This document shows positions 51,608-64,000 of a stretch of DNA of 64,000 nt, in pieces; within the stretch, counting starts at the first letter, position 1, and every line of letters starts with the position of its first letter. Under the pieces are notes generated by a model, which was given only the letters and a program-made list of their open reading frames with translations, did no database searches and was not told the DNA's origin. This DNA comes from Microbotryum violaceum (taxonomy: Eukaryota). The DNA lies in the NCBI GenBank assembly GCA_001244265.2, contig LN717261.1, positions 2,991,591-3,055,590 on the forward strand, in the 5' to 3' direction. Both the position numbers and the translations under genes were made by a program.

Positions 51608-52900
51608 AGGACCCCCGAAAGCCCAGCCGGAGGGCAAGACTTTGGACCCGGTTGTTTCGCGATGCTCGCGCTTGAACAAGTCACTTGGTACTAGCCATCT
51701 TTGGTAATCACTTGAGTTAAGTGGCTGTGAGGGATTAGGCCGATTCGATATTGAAGGGGCGCAGGTTCCGTTCCGCTTCACTTCGGTCCGAGATTGGAGC
51801 ATAGCACGACAACATCATCCCATGCAGGCCTGCTATTTGAACGATGCCTTCGATTGATTATCGCCGCTCACCAACATGAACATGACGATCGCCGAGCTCC
51901 TCGCCTTCGATGTCGCTCCCGCCGACGCGTCTCTTCACATCGAGTTGTCCAAAGACGAGCTCACGCACTACTCGACCTTATCATCTACTCGAGGCCATTG
52001 AGAAGGCAAACAGCTTCTCACGAACAATCGTCTACCAAGCTCAACTATTCAAATTTTGGTCTAAGCTCACGCGTGTTTGGTTCTACACAGCCCACACACT
52101 TGAAACTTCAACTGCGCCTCAAGTTGTCGATGCTCGTGATACCAATTTCTCGCTGAACTGGCCAACCTGATTGCCCATCAAGCTGCTCATAAGTGTAGCC
52201 ACCTCAAGCTGTTCTACTCAAGGGAGGCCGATGGGATCGAGCGACCCAAGTCGCGGAGAGGCAGGCGTAGGGGTTAGCAATACAGAGGAAGGACGCAGTA
52301 CAGCACATTCATGCGTCTTGAAAGGGTTGGTACAGTCCATGGGACCATCTCGCTGCGAAGACATGGCGGGCACGACGAGGAGCTTGAACGAGATTCAGAA
52401 GAACGCCTATATTGAGGATGGCCGCATTCAAGTGAGTTGTTGCTGAATTTAGGAACGAAGGCAACTGGATCTAATGTTTTGCCGGTCCTATACTTTTAGG
52501 AAAAGCTCCCTGAGAGAGACAAGCAGTATGGAGCGCTAGCACAACGCTATCCTCATTTTGGATCGCTTGACGGAGCTGTAACCGCTGCCACACCATTGGA
52601 GATTAGATCTCTGATCTGCTTTGGCCTCAAGTGTGGCATGCATTCACTCAGCTGCGATCAAACTGTTTATGGAGAAGAAGCGCTGTCTATCGGAATTGGT
52701 ACGCGCGTTGTTTTGAGTGACAGTTGAGGAAGTTCTCGTTTGACACAAGTATTGTGTCCTACAGTGCGACACATCTACAGCAGAGTGACAACAAACCACT
52801 GCAACCAAGACACGCTCCACCTCGTTGGTTCTACTCTCAAATGTCGTCGTACAGGAGCTTCGCCTCATCAAGAAAACATGCTATTCCACACACCTCATTG
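51608..52900 (+). mobile_element. Unclassified putative TIR element, copy A (degenerate, intron-containing coding remnant)
   Basis: Starts with the 21-mer AGGACCCCCGAAAGCCCAGCC, also found at 63310. An exon at ~52500-52700 reads KQYGALAQRYPHFGSLDGAVTAATPLEIRSLICFGLK..GEEALSIGIG, homologous to 63706-63987(-). Right end not found. Confidence 0.55.
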
Positions 52901-55559
52901 ATGGCACTATGCCGTTCCGCATGATTGATGGTCGACAGGTCATCGAGTCATTAGGCCCGTCAACGACTACATATCGTTCAACCACGGACCTTACCTCATG
53001 TTACCCGGACGAGCGCCTAATCAGCACGAGCGCACATGCCGAGCAAAGATTTGCCGCCCTCCGGAGCGTGCCCGGCTTGCGAGATGCCGCCGGCAGAACC
53101 TCTATAAGCCGTCACCTTTTCGGCAAAGCTGTTCGACCTAGACCCGGGCACATTGGCTGTTTTGTGAGATTCATTCCCCGTAAGATCGGCCTCGACTGTT
53201 GCTTTGCGGTCGGGCTGCTTGACGGCTTGCCACTGAGATATGAAGCAAAAGAGAGGGATTAAGCTGAAACCTAGGGTTGAGGGCGTGTCACCCAAACACG
53301 TACCAACACGCGCCACCAGCACACATGCTCGTCAGTGATTGTGACTTCGAGGTTTTTGTACTACGACTTCATTGTTTTTCCCAACAATAAAGAGTCGCCC
53401 TGGGCGCGCTTAATCTGAGCGCGAGCCGACGGTCAGAAGGCGTGGCGCAGCGGCGTGCAAGGCTGATGTCAATAGGCAGGCCCGGACGTGGACACCACGC
53501 CGCTTACATGATCATCGAGCTCAAGATCGGCCTTGCATTAGCGCACTCGAAAGGTGGCGCATTAGAACCTTGTAGAAAGCTCGATGCTTGACGTCGCTTT
53601 CTGATACCAACCCGCCTTAGCGTAGTGCAGCCTACAATGAGTGCAGCCTGAGTCAGCGCACAGCCCAGCACAGCACCCGAGAACATAGTTCACCTACCGC
53701 GAACAAGGTGCAGCACCGTGGTGCTTGCAGAGGAATGGCGTGGAAACGAAGATCTTGGCTGACCCCACATCGGACTGGCACAGTCATGAACACAGCCCGG
53801 TCAGTAGGAGCTTATGGGCGAGACCGAAAGAACATCCACTAACCTTGATGTTGTCCAGAGAGGGAGCGGTGAGCACGTCGACCAGTCGGGCAAGCTGGAT
53901 TTCCACACGTTCCAACCGAGCGCCGATCGTCGCGGCCGAAACAGATGGGCCATCTTGGCCAGATGCCGCGTTTGGGGGCTGTGGGTGTTTGTGGTGAGTG
54001 CAGTCAGCGGAGTGGGGCACGACGCGGGGGCGCATCTGCACCAGCTCACGTTGCTCGGGCCGTCAAAATATGGCGTAGAGTACTGGGGTTTAGAATGCAT
54101 GACCTGGTTGGATTATGCGCGTTGGTCAGCGTGTCACCAGGATGTTTCGGCTGACGTCATTGCAGGGGTGCAACGTACTTCGAAAGTCTTGTCCTCTGTT
54201 CCCTCAGTGTCCGAAACAGCCAAGGACATATCGGTGCGCTGACGCTTGCGCGGCTTGTCGCCCATCGCCCACGTCACCGTCGTCGTCGTCGTCGTCATCG
54301 CCGTCAGTTAGCTGTCCAGATTGGCAACGATACCTTATCAGCACCCATAACTCCTCGACCAGGGGACGCGGGACGCGGGCACGAACGAAGAAAGCGTCCT
54401 GGACTACGGCCTTTGATTCGGACTTCAGGGTGGTGAAATTTTGGAGTTGGTTTAAGCTAGGGTGACGCGGAAGCCGGACAAGCAGGTTCAGTACTCACTC
54501 GGGCTGGTCGCTTGTCGTTGCGGCGAGGTGTGGTTGGGGCTTGATGCGATTTAGCTGACGTCGTCGAGCTCTGCGGATTGGACAGACGTGGGAGTGCCAT
54601 GCATCAGCTCGAACCGGCGAAAGATGAGTGTCTGCTTCTCCTCCCAAGCCTTACGTGAGAATCCAAGGTGGCAAGCGCCGCAGTTGTCGACACCGGATGG
54701 TCGTGTCGTTTGTCACTAGTCAATGACTGCACATGCGGCATCTAGGGACCGTCAGTAGCTGAGGCTGGGCCGACGTCGCGTCGGCAGCGGTGAGTTGCAG
54801 CACATACCTGTGACTCGTGAAGCGCCTTGGGCAAATGGAGGTGGGTGGGTCCCGAATGAGGGTCGTCTGCGGGGCCTGGCGACACGACGACCCTCGACGT
54901 CCACGACTGCGTCGTGGACGTCGTCAGGGGTTTGGCGGTGTGTGGGCTGACGCCCGAGCCTGACGCGCCCGAGGGTTTGTTCACCGGTGCGGCGGCGACG
55001 TCTCGGGGCTTCCTGTCTCTAGTTTGTACAAGGTTCGTCGAGTCCTTGAGCGGATCTCCGGTGGCCGTAAAGGTCGCGGGAGGCGAGTACGCGGTCCCTG
55101 CGGTGGAGGTGGTGGTCAGCTCTCGGTCTGTGCAGCCACGTCGCATCAAGCTCGAATCTGAAGGAGCAGTGGAGTGGGCGGGTCATGGAGTCGACGCATG
55201 AAGCGGGTCAGGGCGTACCATGTCGGCGATGATGGTAACACAGGGCTGCTCCTGCTTGGCGACAGGTGGTGGCCGGGAGCTAAGGCCAGCGCCACGTCTC
55301 GCGCGGTCTGACCGAGGGCGGGACACAAAAAGACGCACTCGGGACGCTGGACGATCTGACGTCGTCTGACCCCCACTGCCCCCGTCAGGGCACTTTAGGG
55401 CAGTGAGAGCGCCCCACCGTGCCACTTCCTGCTCATCCCAGGCCAGGGTCGACCGTCCGTATGCACGGTCCCAAAGCGTTCGAGATGCTTACTTACTTGG
55501 TATTATGGTTCACTCGTACGGTCTTGTTTTTCGCACGATCAATGACACGTGCGAACTGT

Positions 55560-56895
55560 CTCACTGCATGCGGCTGATCGCTGCTCGTTTTGGATCAAAT
55601 TCTTCCTCGCCCAGCACCTCGGACTCGACGGCGTTGACGACCGCAGGGCCGCAGGAGAAGGAATCTGATTGCTGGGCCATCGAAGCCAGAGTAAATTCGT
55701 CTACTGGTATCCACTCGTAGTACGCCGAGCAGTGCCTCCAGTGCCTCGAGCACGAGAGCGTCTACCTTCGGCGGAGCCGTACCATGTTGAAGCGAATCGT
55801 AAAGAGTCCAGGACCTTCCTTGAATATCCACTCGCACCATGAACCAGTGACTATGATGGCAGATCGGGAGGAACCAAATCGTCTCCGGATTGTTCTCAAT
55901 GTAGTCGGCCATAGCCGACAGACCCGTGTAGGGCAGATGAAAATCTCTGACAAGCGCGGATTCGAATTGATAAGGTTCTAGCGACGTCTTGATGATCGGG
56001 GCGGCGAGAGCAGTCGAAAGGTAGTCCGACGGGATGAGGCCGTAAACCTGGGATTCGTCTCGTTCACTTGGTTTTGACGACGCTTCGATGACGCAAGCGA
56101 TGAGGAAATTAACAACACTTTCGCCTAACCAATTGTTACCTGATGAAGAAAGGGGCCCAAAGTACGGAAAGTGGTGAGAAGGTGATGAGATGGTGTCGGG
56201 AAGAGATGGGTAATTTGCCAATGGGGAAAGACTTGTGCACGAGTTACATGAGCAGAAGAGAACTCACTGAGCATTCCAATAAGGCTCTCGTAGGTGACCA
56301 GGCTGCAGTCAAAGCCCCAAAACGAGTCCCGCCATGGGAGGCTCAATAGCCCAACCTCCAGTTGCTTCTTCATATCGCGGTCCTTATCACGACACGCATG
56401 GAATCTAGCTATCCGTTTGACGGTGGCTCGGAGTAGACCTTGAGCTTTCTTGGCCTTGTCGAGGTCGTTCCAGATTTGTGTTGTGCCGAGAGCTAGTCGA
56501 TGCTCACCGACTGCAAGCGATCGGCCCTTGTAGGCTTGGGATCGAGCTGCACTAGAGAGCGCATCACGGACTTTCTTGGACGGGTAAGGAAAGCTCAATT
56601 CGTTCTCGAGTCGTCGTGGAATGTCCATTGATATCTGAACCCCGAGGTGGTCATCGCTGGAGGGCAGCTGCGCGTCCATGAGGAGCTTCGCACTCGTCAG
56701 GTGCGCGATCGGCGACCAGCTCTCGGAGTCGAGGTCGCCATCCTTTGTCTGCGTGGGATGGTCATCGTCGGATAGGAAAAACTCGGTCGGGGTCATGTTC
56801 ACCGTGCACGAAGCTGGCAGCGCATGGGAGGAGAATGAATTGCGACGCACTGAAGGTCGAGCGAATGCGATCAGCGCACCCACACGCCCCCACAA
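55560..56895 (-). pseudogene. Ulp1-like (C48) SUMO-protease-fold gene, frameshifted, transposon-associated
   Basis: NWLGESVVNFL, FLPICHHSHWFMV (His) and LYDSL (Asp); in a shifted frame after ~55730, QQSDSFSCGPAVVNAVE (Cys). Confidence 0.75.
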
Positions 56896-57635
56896 ACTCC
56901 CCGCAATCTCCTCGCTGCCAGACTTTCAGGACCGCCAGGCCGGGCAGTTCCTGCCTTGTAGCCTTGGCGGTCCTGACCAATATTTCGGGTACCGTAATCT
57001 TTTGTCCGAGCGACACGCGCCTTCCCCGACCTTACCAGAAGTACTCCATGAGACATCGTTAAAACACGCGTGATATATTGCAGGCGGGTCCGTATCATCA
57101 AGTCTACGAGCACCGGATACTCGCAGGTTGTCCTCGAGCAGATGCAATGCGCCGGGGGGTCGGCTTGGCATCGCCGTCGGAGCCGTTCCCGATGTCGAAT
57201 GCCACGTCTCAGGTTTGACCGTTGGTGGACTGTACACCGTCAAACATCAGCGGACGGGACTTCGACAGTCGACAGTCTTACCCTGGGCGGGGCCGCGACG
57301 ATCGCAAGATCGTGCGAGAGGGGCAACTCACCAACTGGTTCTCGAAATCGTTCTCAATCAGTGCAGCAGCACCCGTGAAATCGCACACGTCGCTCATATC
57401 GCTGCCGGTCTGTGAGTGCAGCCACAAGTTCAGCGCATGCAAATATTGACAACCCAGTCCTACGTACATCCGCCCCCTCTTCAGAACCCTTCGCGCATTC
57501 TTCTTGTTCGTCGACGGTGGCCAATGGAGTAGGCTCCTGATGAACGGGCAACGTCAGCCAGGTGGTCGACAAACTCTGCACCGAAAAGGAGAAAACTGAG
57601 GCTCACCTTCGCGTCTCCCTTTCCCTTTCCCTTGC

Positions 57636-60600
57636 CTATGACCTCTTTCCTTTGCCCTTGACCTTGCCCCTGTCCTCCTCCCCATTCTCATCCACCGACT
57701 CGGCGGCAGCCAAGAGCGCCTGCGCCGTCGGGGATGCTAGAAGTGCACGAACAAAAACCTCCGTTGGGACCTGCTGCTTAATCGGGGGCGGAAGGCGGCC
57801 AGCTCGTCGAAGGAACGATGTATGATAGTACTGAGCAGAAACTCGTCGGTGTCCTTGTGCGTGGTGCGTACGGGAAGCGGATCGACGGTGTTCATCCAGC
57901 CTCCCGAGTGGATGCAGTTGTGTTGAACGACCGCGAGAGCAACGACATTCTGCGTAGTTCACACGGCCGAGTGCGCTCCAGTCCATCGGTACTGACGCAG
58001 ACTTACCGAGATACCCCGACACATGCTCACCTCGATAGAGACAACGATCCGGTCGAGGCCTCGGGACAGTGTGCGAAACCCCGTGGACGCCAACTCCTCC
58101 CCTATCCTTCCTAGGCGAAAGCCCACCAAGCCCTGCCTTCGTCCTGTCGCGGACTCTCGCGCCAGTAATTCGATGACTTGTCCAACCAGAACCTGCAGCG
58201 ATTGGGGTAACGGATGTAGATTAGTATCGTCCCCCTATCGTCCCCCCACCACCACGACCACAAGTGCAGATGGAAGTGGCGCACCGGGTTGTGCCCATCA
58301 GATCTGAACAAACACCAATCTTGCGGATGCACAGGGTCGCCATTGGGTAGTATCGCCAGCTTGGCCTTTCGCCATCGAGCATCTCTCGGGATGTCCGGCG
58401 AGCCGCGCCCCGGTAAGGAGAAGCAAACAGTTTTGGCGAGTTGGGTAGCATCCGACAGAAAGGGACTCCCCGCAGCGAATTTGTATCGGACTGCGATCGC
58501 CAACGTCCATCAGCCTACCAGCGAACGTTTGAATGTCCCAAGCACACGGCAAACAGTCTTACCCGCTGAAGGATCCTGACGAGGCGCGTCGCTTTCCACA
58601 AGCAGCCACTCACGCATAGCAGGCTTGTCCTCGAGGAGCCGTCTTGCCGCCGGGCCCATGCTTACTCGGTTTCCATCCTTCTTCCACGTTCCACCGCGAG
58701 TGATAAAGCCGACACGCTCTGTGTCGCCCAACTTGCGAGCAATGTCTTGTGAAACATCGAAATGGTTTGTCCGCATACTATGCTGACGTATGACTTTGTT
58801 GGCCGATTCAGCTAGAGACGCATCGAACAAGCAGGGGGACCGAACATTCGAATAGCATGAACAAGATTGGCCAGAGCATGATACTTGGACTTGTTGAGGA
58901 CGTGGGACAGGTTGCGTCGCATGGACGCTTGTAGCAGGTTGTTGACAAGGTGCTCGCACGCTGTCTGTGCGATCGGGAGGCGCTGGCTCAACATCCAATC
59001 ACAACTGAAGGTAAGCAGACAGAAAAGAAACTCACAGCGTATGTGTCGATGTCCGCGACGTTCGCTGTATGCAGATGATGCCCCAACTTGCCGATTGCCC
59101 CCCAGCACTCGTTCAAAGCCGAAGGCATCAACTCTAAATCGAACAGGAGTTGCGCCACCAAGGGCATCACTTGTGCGAGTGTGACAAAGTCGTAGCCCAC
59201 TAGCGATCCTTGATAGTCAATGAGATGATCGGTAGCAATTCCTCCCGGCAGACCGACCGGCGACATCGAGGACATGATCGCACGCAGTGACAAATGGCCC
59301 CGACGACCTTTCTTCAACTCGTCCACATCGAGTGTTGCCTTCCCCGCGTATTTGACTATGCCCAGAAAGAAGACATGCAGTATGTCCGGCGGCATATGCT
59401 TGTGCGGGTCAAACACTGTGACTAACACAACTCTCCTTGTCACCACCCGGGCGGATATAGCCCAGAGAGGCCCGAGGCTGAACTCACATGGAACATCGAA
59501 GAACGGGCCGACGTAATCTCCCCGCTCCAACATCTCGGCCTTCGCCTTCCTAACTGCTTCGCTTCCTCGCGCTCGGTTCTCCATTCTGACCCGATCCTTG
59601 CCAGAAGTGTTTATGGCGCGGAATGCGAGCACTTCGGCGTTTGCGCCCTTGTCACCGAAGGTCCTGTGTGTCATCTCCTTTTGAAAAATAACGGCGAGTT
59701 CTGCGAGGCAACGCTTTGTCCATACATCATGGGTACCGGTTGAAGTCTGCTGCTCAGAGACATTCACCATGACCAGTTCATTCGCGTAGGTCTCAAGCTG
59801 CTCTAGGGCCTGGTCACGGATTGTTTCGGCGTCCAATAGGCCCGGGCACTGAGATGCGGCAACGGCGGCAAATCAGCTTCACTGAAAGAGCAGCAAGCAA
59901 CAGTACGCACCTCGAAAAACGTCATCATCTGATCCACTGTCAGTCTCGTCTTCAACGCCCCCCCCCCCCTTCCCCCCACGGGCAGTGTAAGCAGGGATAC
60001 CAGCCGCGGGCCTGCGCTGCGCACTCGGCTGCCATAGGTGAGTCGTGAATCGAGCACAGCAAGGGCGTCCGCACAAGAACCTCTTCGCCTGCTGCGATGC
60101 TGTAACACTGCATCGGTCGATCTCCAAGAGTGTCCCTACATCTCGTCCCGCACAATCAATAACACGGGGTGGCAATTACTGGCAGGCGTCGACCATGGGG
60201 CTCACGAGATTGCAGTCAGCACGAATTCTGCAAGATCAAGGGCACCCATGTCGGTGCCAGTCACGCCGGTATGGTGCAGCATGAATCGCCGTTTGATGAC
60301 GGAAGCAGGAAGAGCTAAGTTCTGGACGGATGCCTGCGGACAGCACGACAAGCAGTGAGTCAGATGCCGCCTTCTCGTCGGCCGCAGTGGATTTGCCTCA
60401 CAGTATACATGGGGTTCCAGCGGCTGGACTCGGTCGCCGCCATATCGTCCAGGAAGAGGCGCAGAGGGGTGACGAGTAGCAACTCCCCGTTCGCTAGAGC
60501 CCGATCCACCGACCGCAGGGGTAGCGAGCGTCGAATCTCGTTCGTGGCTGGATCGCAAACGTCTGGCGCTCGGTGCTGAGAGTTGCGAGCACACAGCGGT

Positions 60601-62338
60601 GGTCCGCGAGCCGCGGCACATGGAATGCGGACCCACCAATTCTGACGCAGAGACGCATTTGTTCGACCTCGAGTACGGGCCGTTCGAACCGCTCGACAGG
60701 AACTACACACCAGCTTGAAGCGCAGAGTGTCGGCCAATCCTTCGCAGGACGCCCGAAAGCGGGAAGTTTCACTTCAATGCTTGAAGGAGCCGACACTGTC
60801 GCCAGGCACACGAAAGCGACGATCTCGTCGCGGAGGGATGCGAAACGAGCTACGAACCAGTGCATATCGGGCACACCTTTGATCACCACAATCTCGTCAA
60901 CGAAGTAGTCGACTTTATCGACGCGCGCCACGGGGGCCGAGAAGCGGGCCGAGAGGTCACTCAGCCAGCGACGGGTGTGGTAGGCAGAGTTCACATTCGA
61001 CGGCTTGAGATCCGGGTAGTGATGCATAAGAGGGGCGACGGCAGGGCTCGCAAAGTGCTGCACGCGGTCATTGTGGTCGGCGGGGAGAAAACAATCAGCG
61101 CCGGGCAGACAGCAAGCGGTGACTGCACCGAATCGATACGCACCGCAGCCACGTAATTTTGAGGAGACAGAACATGAAGAACCCGGCCCTTTTCTTTCGT
61201 ATGCCGAGTAGGGGTATACAGCGGCACCTCATTCTGTAGGTTATGCAGGAACTTTTTGACGGTCGACGCAGCTGGTAGATTGCGTAGCCCCAACGCTGTT
61301 GCGAGGTCAAGCACGTTGTCCAATTCTCTGACGCCAATCCGGCGATTGGGCGATCGAAGGAAACCGACAATTGTCATCATCTACGGCCAAAAGATGTCAA
61401 CGTACTGCTGCGCGTAAAGCGTGGGAACCATGGCGATTTGTCGCACCTTTTCGCTTGGAAAAGGATACCAGGGGTGGGAGGGAGCGGGCACAGCCGAGTA
61501 ATTGCGCACTCCTTCGCGGTCGCATGCCGGGAGTCTGTCTGATGTAACAATCGAGCCTACTCAGGCAGGGTCAGTACTGAGCTAAACACATGGAACCGAC
61601 GCCTGCACCGCCAACCCTTCCGCCTCGACCTGCTGGTCGTCGCTGTCAGCGCCGTTGTGGACAGGTTGGGGAGCAACCTCGGCGTCGTTGTCGTGCATAG
61701 GGACATCTCCGAGAGGGGAAGGGGATCCACCAAACTCGAGATCGAAGTCATTGTGTCGGGGAGTATGTTGCGTGTCGTGGCCGGGTGAGGAGGGACCAGA
61801 AACAGAGACAGGCTGCGAGACCTGAGACTAGCTCGAGACAAAGGTCAATCACCCTGCGCTCGGAATTGGACCGTCCGCTGCTGCAGATGACGACCTACCA
61901 TTGCCGTACCGAATGTGGGCTCTTCGATATCTGCCCAGTCCATCTCGTCGTCGTCGCGCGGAGTGGTGGGGATCGAGATAGCGGCCAGCGGTCGGATCGG
62001 GATCCGAAGGTGGGATTGGCCTTCAGGACGGCCCGCAGATGCCTCTTGGTGGTGGCGTGCCGAACCACACGACTCCTCGGCATACGTTCCCCGCCACAAT
62101 ATAGACACACATAGCCCATACATGAGCGTTGAGGAGCCGAGCAAAGGTCGAACTCTGCGAATGATGACGCCCTCGTAGTGTTAACGACCGAATGTGTGGG
62201 ACGGTTGTCAGTCCACTGTTGGCCAGAACTGGAACTGCGCCTCAAACAATACCCACCACGGTCGAGAACATCTTCGGACGCCTTTGTTCGAGGAGACATG
62301 ACGTGGCCGTCGCGTTTGTGGGCACAATGGTTGCCCAC
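57636..62338 (-). mobile_element. Large multi-exon CMC/CACTA-like (Plavaka-related) putative transposase
   Basis: N-terminal CLYC..H..TKRH finger, HPWYPFPS, PLRLFLDDMAATESSRWN, DSPMAAECA..PCLHC, FDPHKHMPPDILHVFFLGIVKY (DxLH..LG) and VVQHNC. GT..AG introns separate the blocks. Superfamily assignment is by recalled motifs. Confidence 0.65.
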
Positions 62339-63129
62339 TTATTCTGGGGCGGGGTGAGGGAATCGGAGAGAGGGTGGGGGCCCCCATGCTTCTCAGTCGG
62401 GTCTTCGCGCGCTGAGCGCTCAGAGCGCTCAGATGTCATCAGATCTCAGATCTCTGCTCCGAGACTCTCACCGGCGCACGCCAGCCTGCTGAGCAGACTT
62501 CAGCTGGCCGCGTGAGGGTGCAGTCTCGACTCATGGCACTGACTCGCTATTGATTACTCGCTGCCTCAGCTGGTACAAATGGACTTTGGACTCTATAAAG
62601 CGCGAGCCCTGAAATGTTTCAGCGACCGTGGGATACACTCTCTGCATCGATATGGCTCGGAACAGCGACCGCTCGCGACGTCACGTGCCACTTTTCGGAT
62701 GCAGTGACACGCAATTTCCCTATCGGACAAAACTAATGCTACCATACACCAGGTGGAATAAACCCATACGGCCTACCTCCAGGTTCCGTACACGTAAAAC
62801 ATTACCGATCCCGTCTCTTGTGCACTTTAGTGCTCACTTACGTCTCATTGCCGAATGCAATAAGGGTTGAATCTTTACCGCGGCCGCAAAGGCCGTTTTT
62901 ACGCTAGCTGTACCGCACGCGTAGGGTCACCGCAAACCGGCGCCCCTACGGACCTGATAACCTAATGTCCATACGGGTACTAGAACGACCCCCTAAGGCA
63001 GCCATAAAAAAGCTTTGCTCTTACAGGAGCTCTATAAAACCGCCTTTCCTAAATTGCAACACCTCCGTAGAGAAGACATACGGGCGGGTCCTGCCACAGG
63101 AAATCCATAAAGTTCGGGCGCGCATGTGT

Positions 63130-63280
63130 AACTCAAGTGCGCGAACTCAAGTGCGCTAACTCGGGCGCTCGACTGCGCCAACTCAAGTGCGCTAACTCAA
63201 TTGCGCCAACTCAATTTGGCGCGCGCGAGTTAGCGTTGGCGCAATTGAGTTAGCGCAAGCGCACCCCCAGCACCGGTACC
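63130..63280. repeat. Second AACTCAAGTGCGC array with the same terminal CAGCACCGGTACC
   Basis: Near-identical to ~10584-10701, with one extra inverted unit. Confidence 0.9.
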
Positions 63281-63309
63281 GCCCCGGCTTTGTGGTGTCC
63301 TCTCGTGTC

Positions 63310-64000
63310 AGGACCCCCGAAAGCCCAGCCTGAGGCGCGTAGGTAAAATCCGCCAAAATCCCCGATTTTGGACCTCATTTGTCCACTAATTTTTGGATGT
63401 TTCGGCCAAAAAGGTCCCCAAAATGTCCAGTCTATCTACGCGCCTCGAAAAATAGCTCTAGAATTGCTTCAAATGCTCTAAAACATCTTCAAAAATCGCG
63501 AAAACGCCGTCCGGACGTTTTTCGCCCGGACCGAATCGCCGGAGCCCGCGCGCGCGTCAGCCGTTTCGGTTCTGCTTCGCCGAGGGCTCCTCACCTGCAC
63601 TTACTGCCTACCTCTTTGACTATGATTTAACGTGGCCATGGTATACATGTAACGTACAACGAGAGGCAAGCTCGATTGCAGTCACTCTGCGAAGCAGTAA
63701 GCTAGCTACCGTGAGGTGTACGAACCAAGTCCAATCGACAGTTGTTCTTCTCCTATGTTGCTGGCACAACTGGCATGTATTATGCCTCGTTTCAACACAA
63801 AGCAGACAAGAGAGCCGATTTTCAAAGGCGTAGCTGACGTGACGTTTCCGTCGATCGACCCAAACGGTGGGATCTTGGCGAATGCCGTGTATTGCCTTGC
63901 TCGCAATTGCATCCGTATCTGGGCAAGAATGGATATTATTGATGAGCACTCCCTGGGCCATATGTGCAGAGCACAATTGCAGCTCACGTCTTTGCGTCTG
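63310..64000 (-). mobile_element. Unclassified putative TIR element, copy B (3' end; runs off the window)
   Basis: 21-mer at 63310-63330. ORF 63706-63987(-) RQYTAFAKIPPFGSIDGNVTSATPLKIGSLVCFVLK..GEEQLSIGLG aligns with copy A. Confidence 0.55.

Noticed and set aside
53400-54700. TET/JBP dioxygenase cargo, as known for KDZ/Plavaka elements
   Set aside because: I could not find the HxD..H..R motif set in the ORF fragments; a profile search would be needed.

Overview
Intron-rich eukaryotic (fungal, most likely basidiomycete) DNA dominated by transposable elements. The intron style and a TpCpG-biased C-to-T decay of old repeats point to Pucciniomycotina, for example a Microbotryum-like genome; this is inference. 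Only three recognisable host genes are present, all on the minus strand: an EMP65/TAPT1-like membrane protein, a PP28/PDAP1-like protein and a KES1/OSH4-like oxysterol-binding protein. The rest comprises: (i) two near-identical Ty1/Copia elements arranged head-to-head as a ~9.2-kb palindrome inside a MULE transposase-SWIM-Ulp1 gene; (ii) a four-level nest (RNase H LINE > Copia > Copia > solo LTR) resolved by target-site duplications (TSDs); (iii) three related non-autonomous Helitrons plus one degenerate Helitron; (iv) a CMC/CACTA-like transposase with an adjacent Ulp1-like protease; (v) an unclassified DxxH/RGTNxxE-type putative transposase; (vi) two copies of an unrecognised element sharing a 21-bp terminus and a homologous protein; and (vii) several short-unit repeat arrays that look like transposon ends. 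Exon boundaries were read by eye. Some frameshifts, and a purine-rich tract at ~8.1-8.3 kb, may be sequencing or assembly errors.
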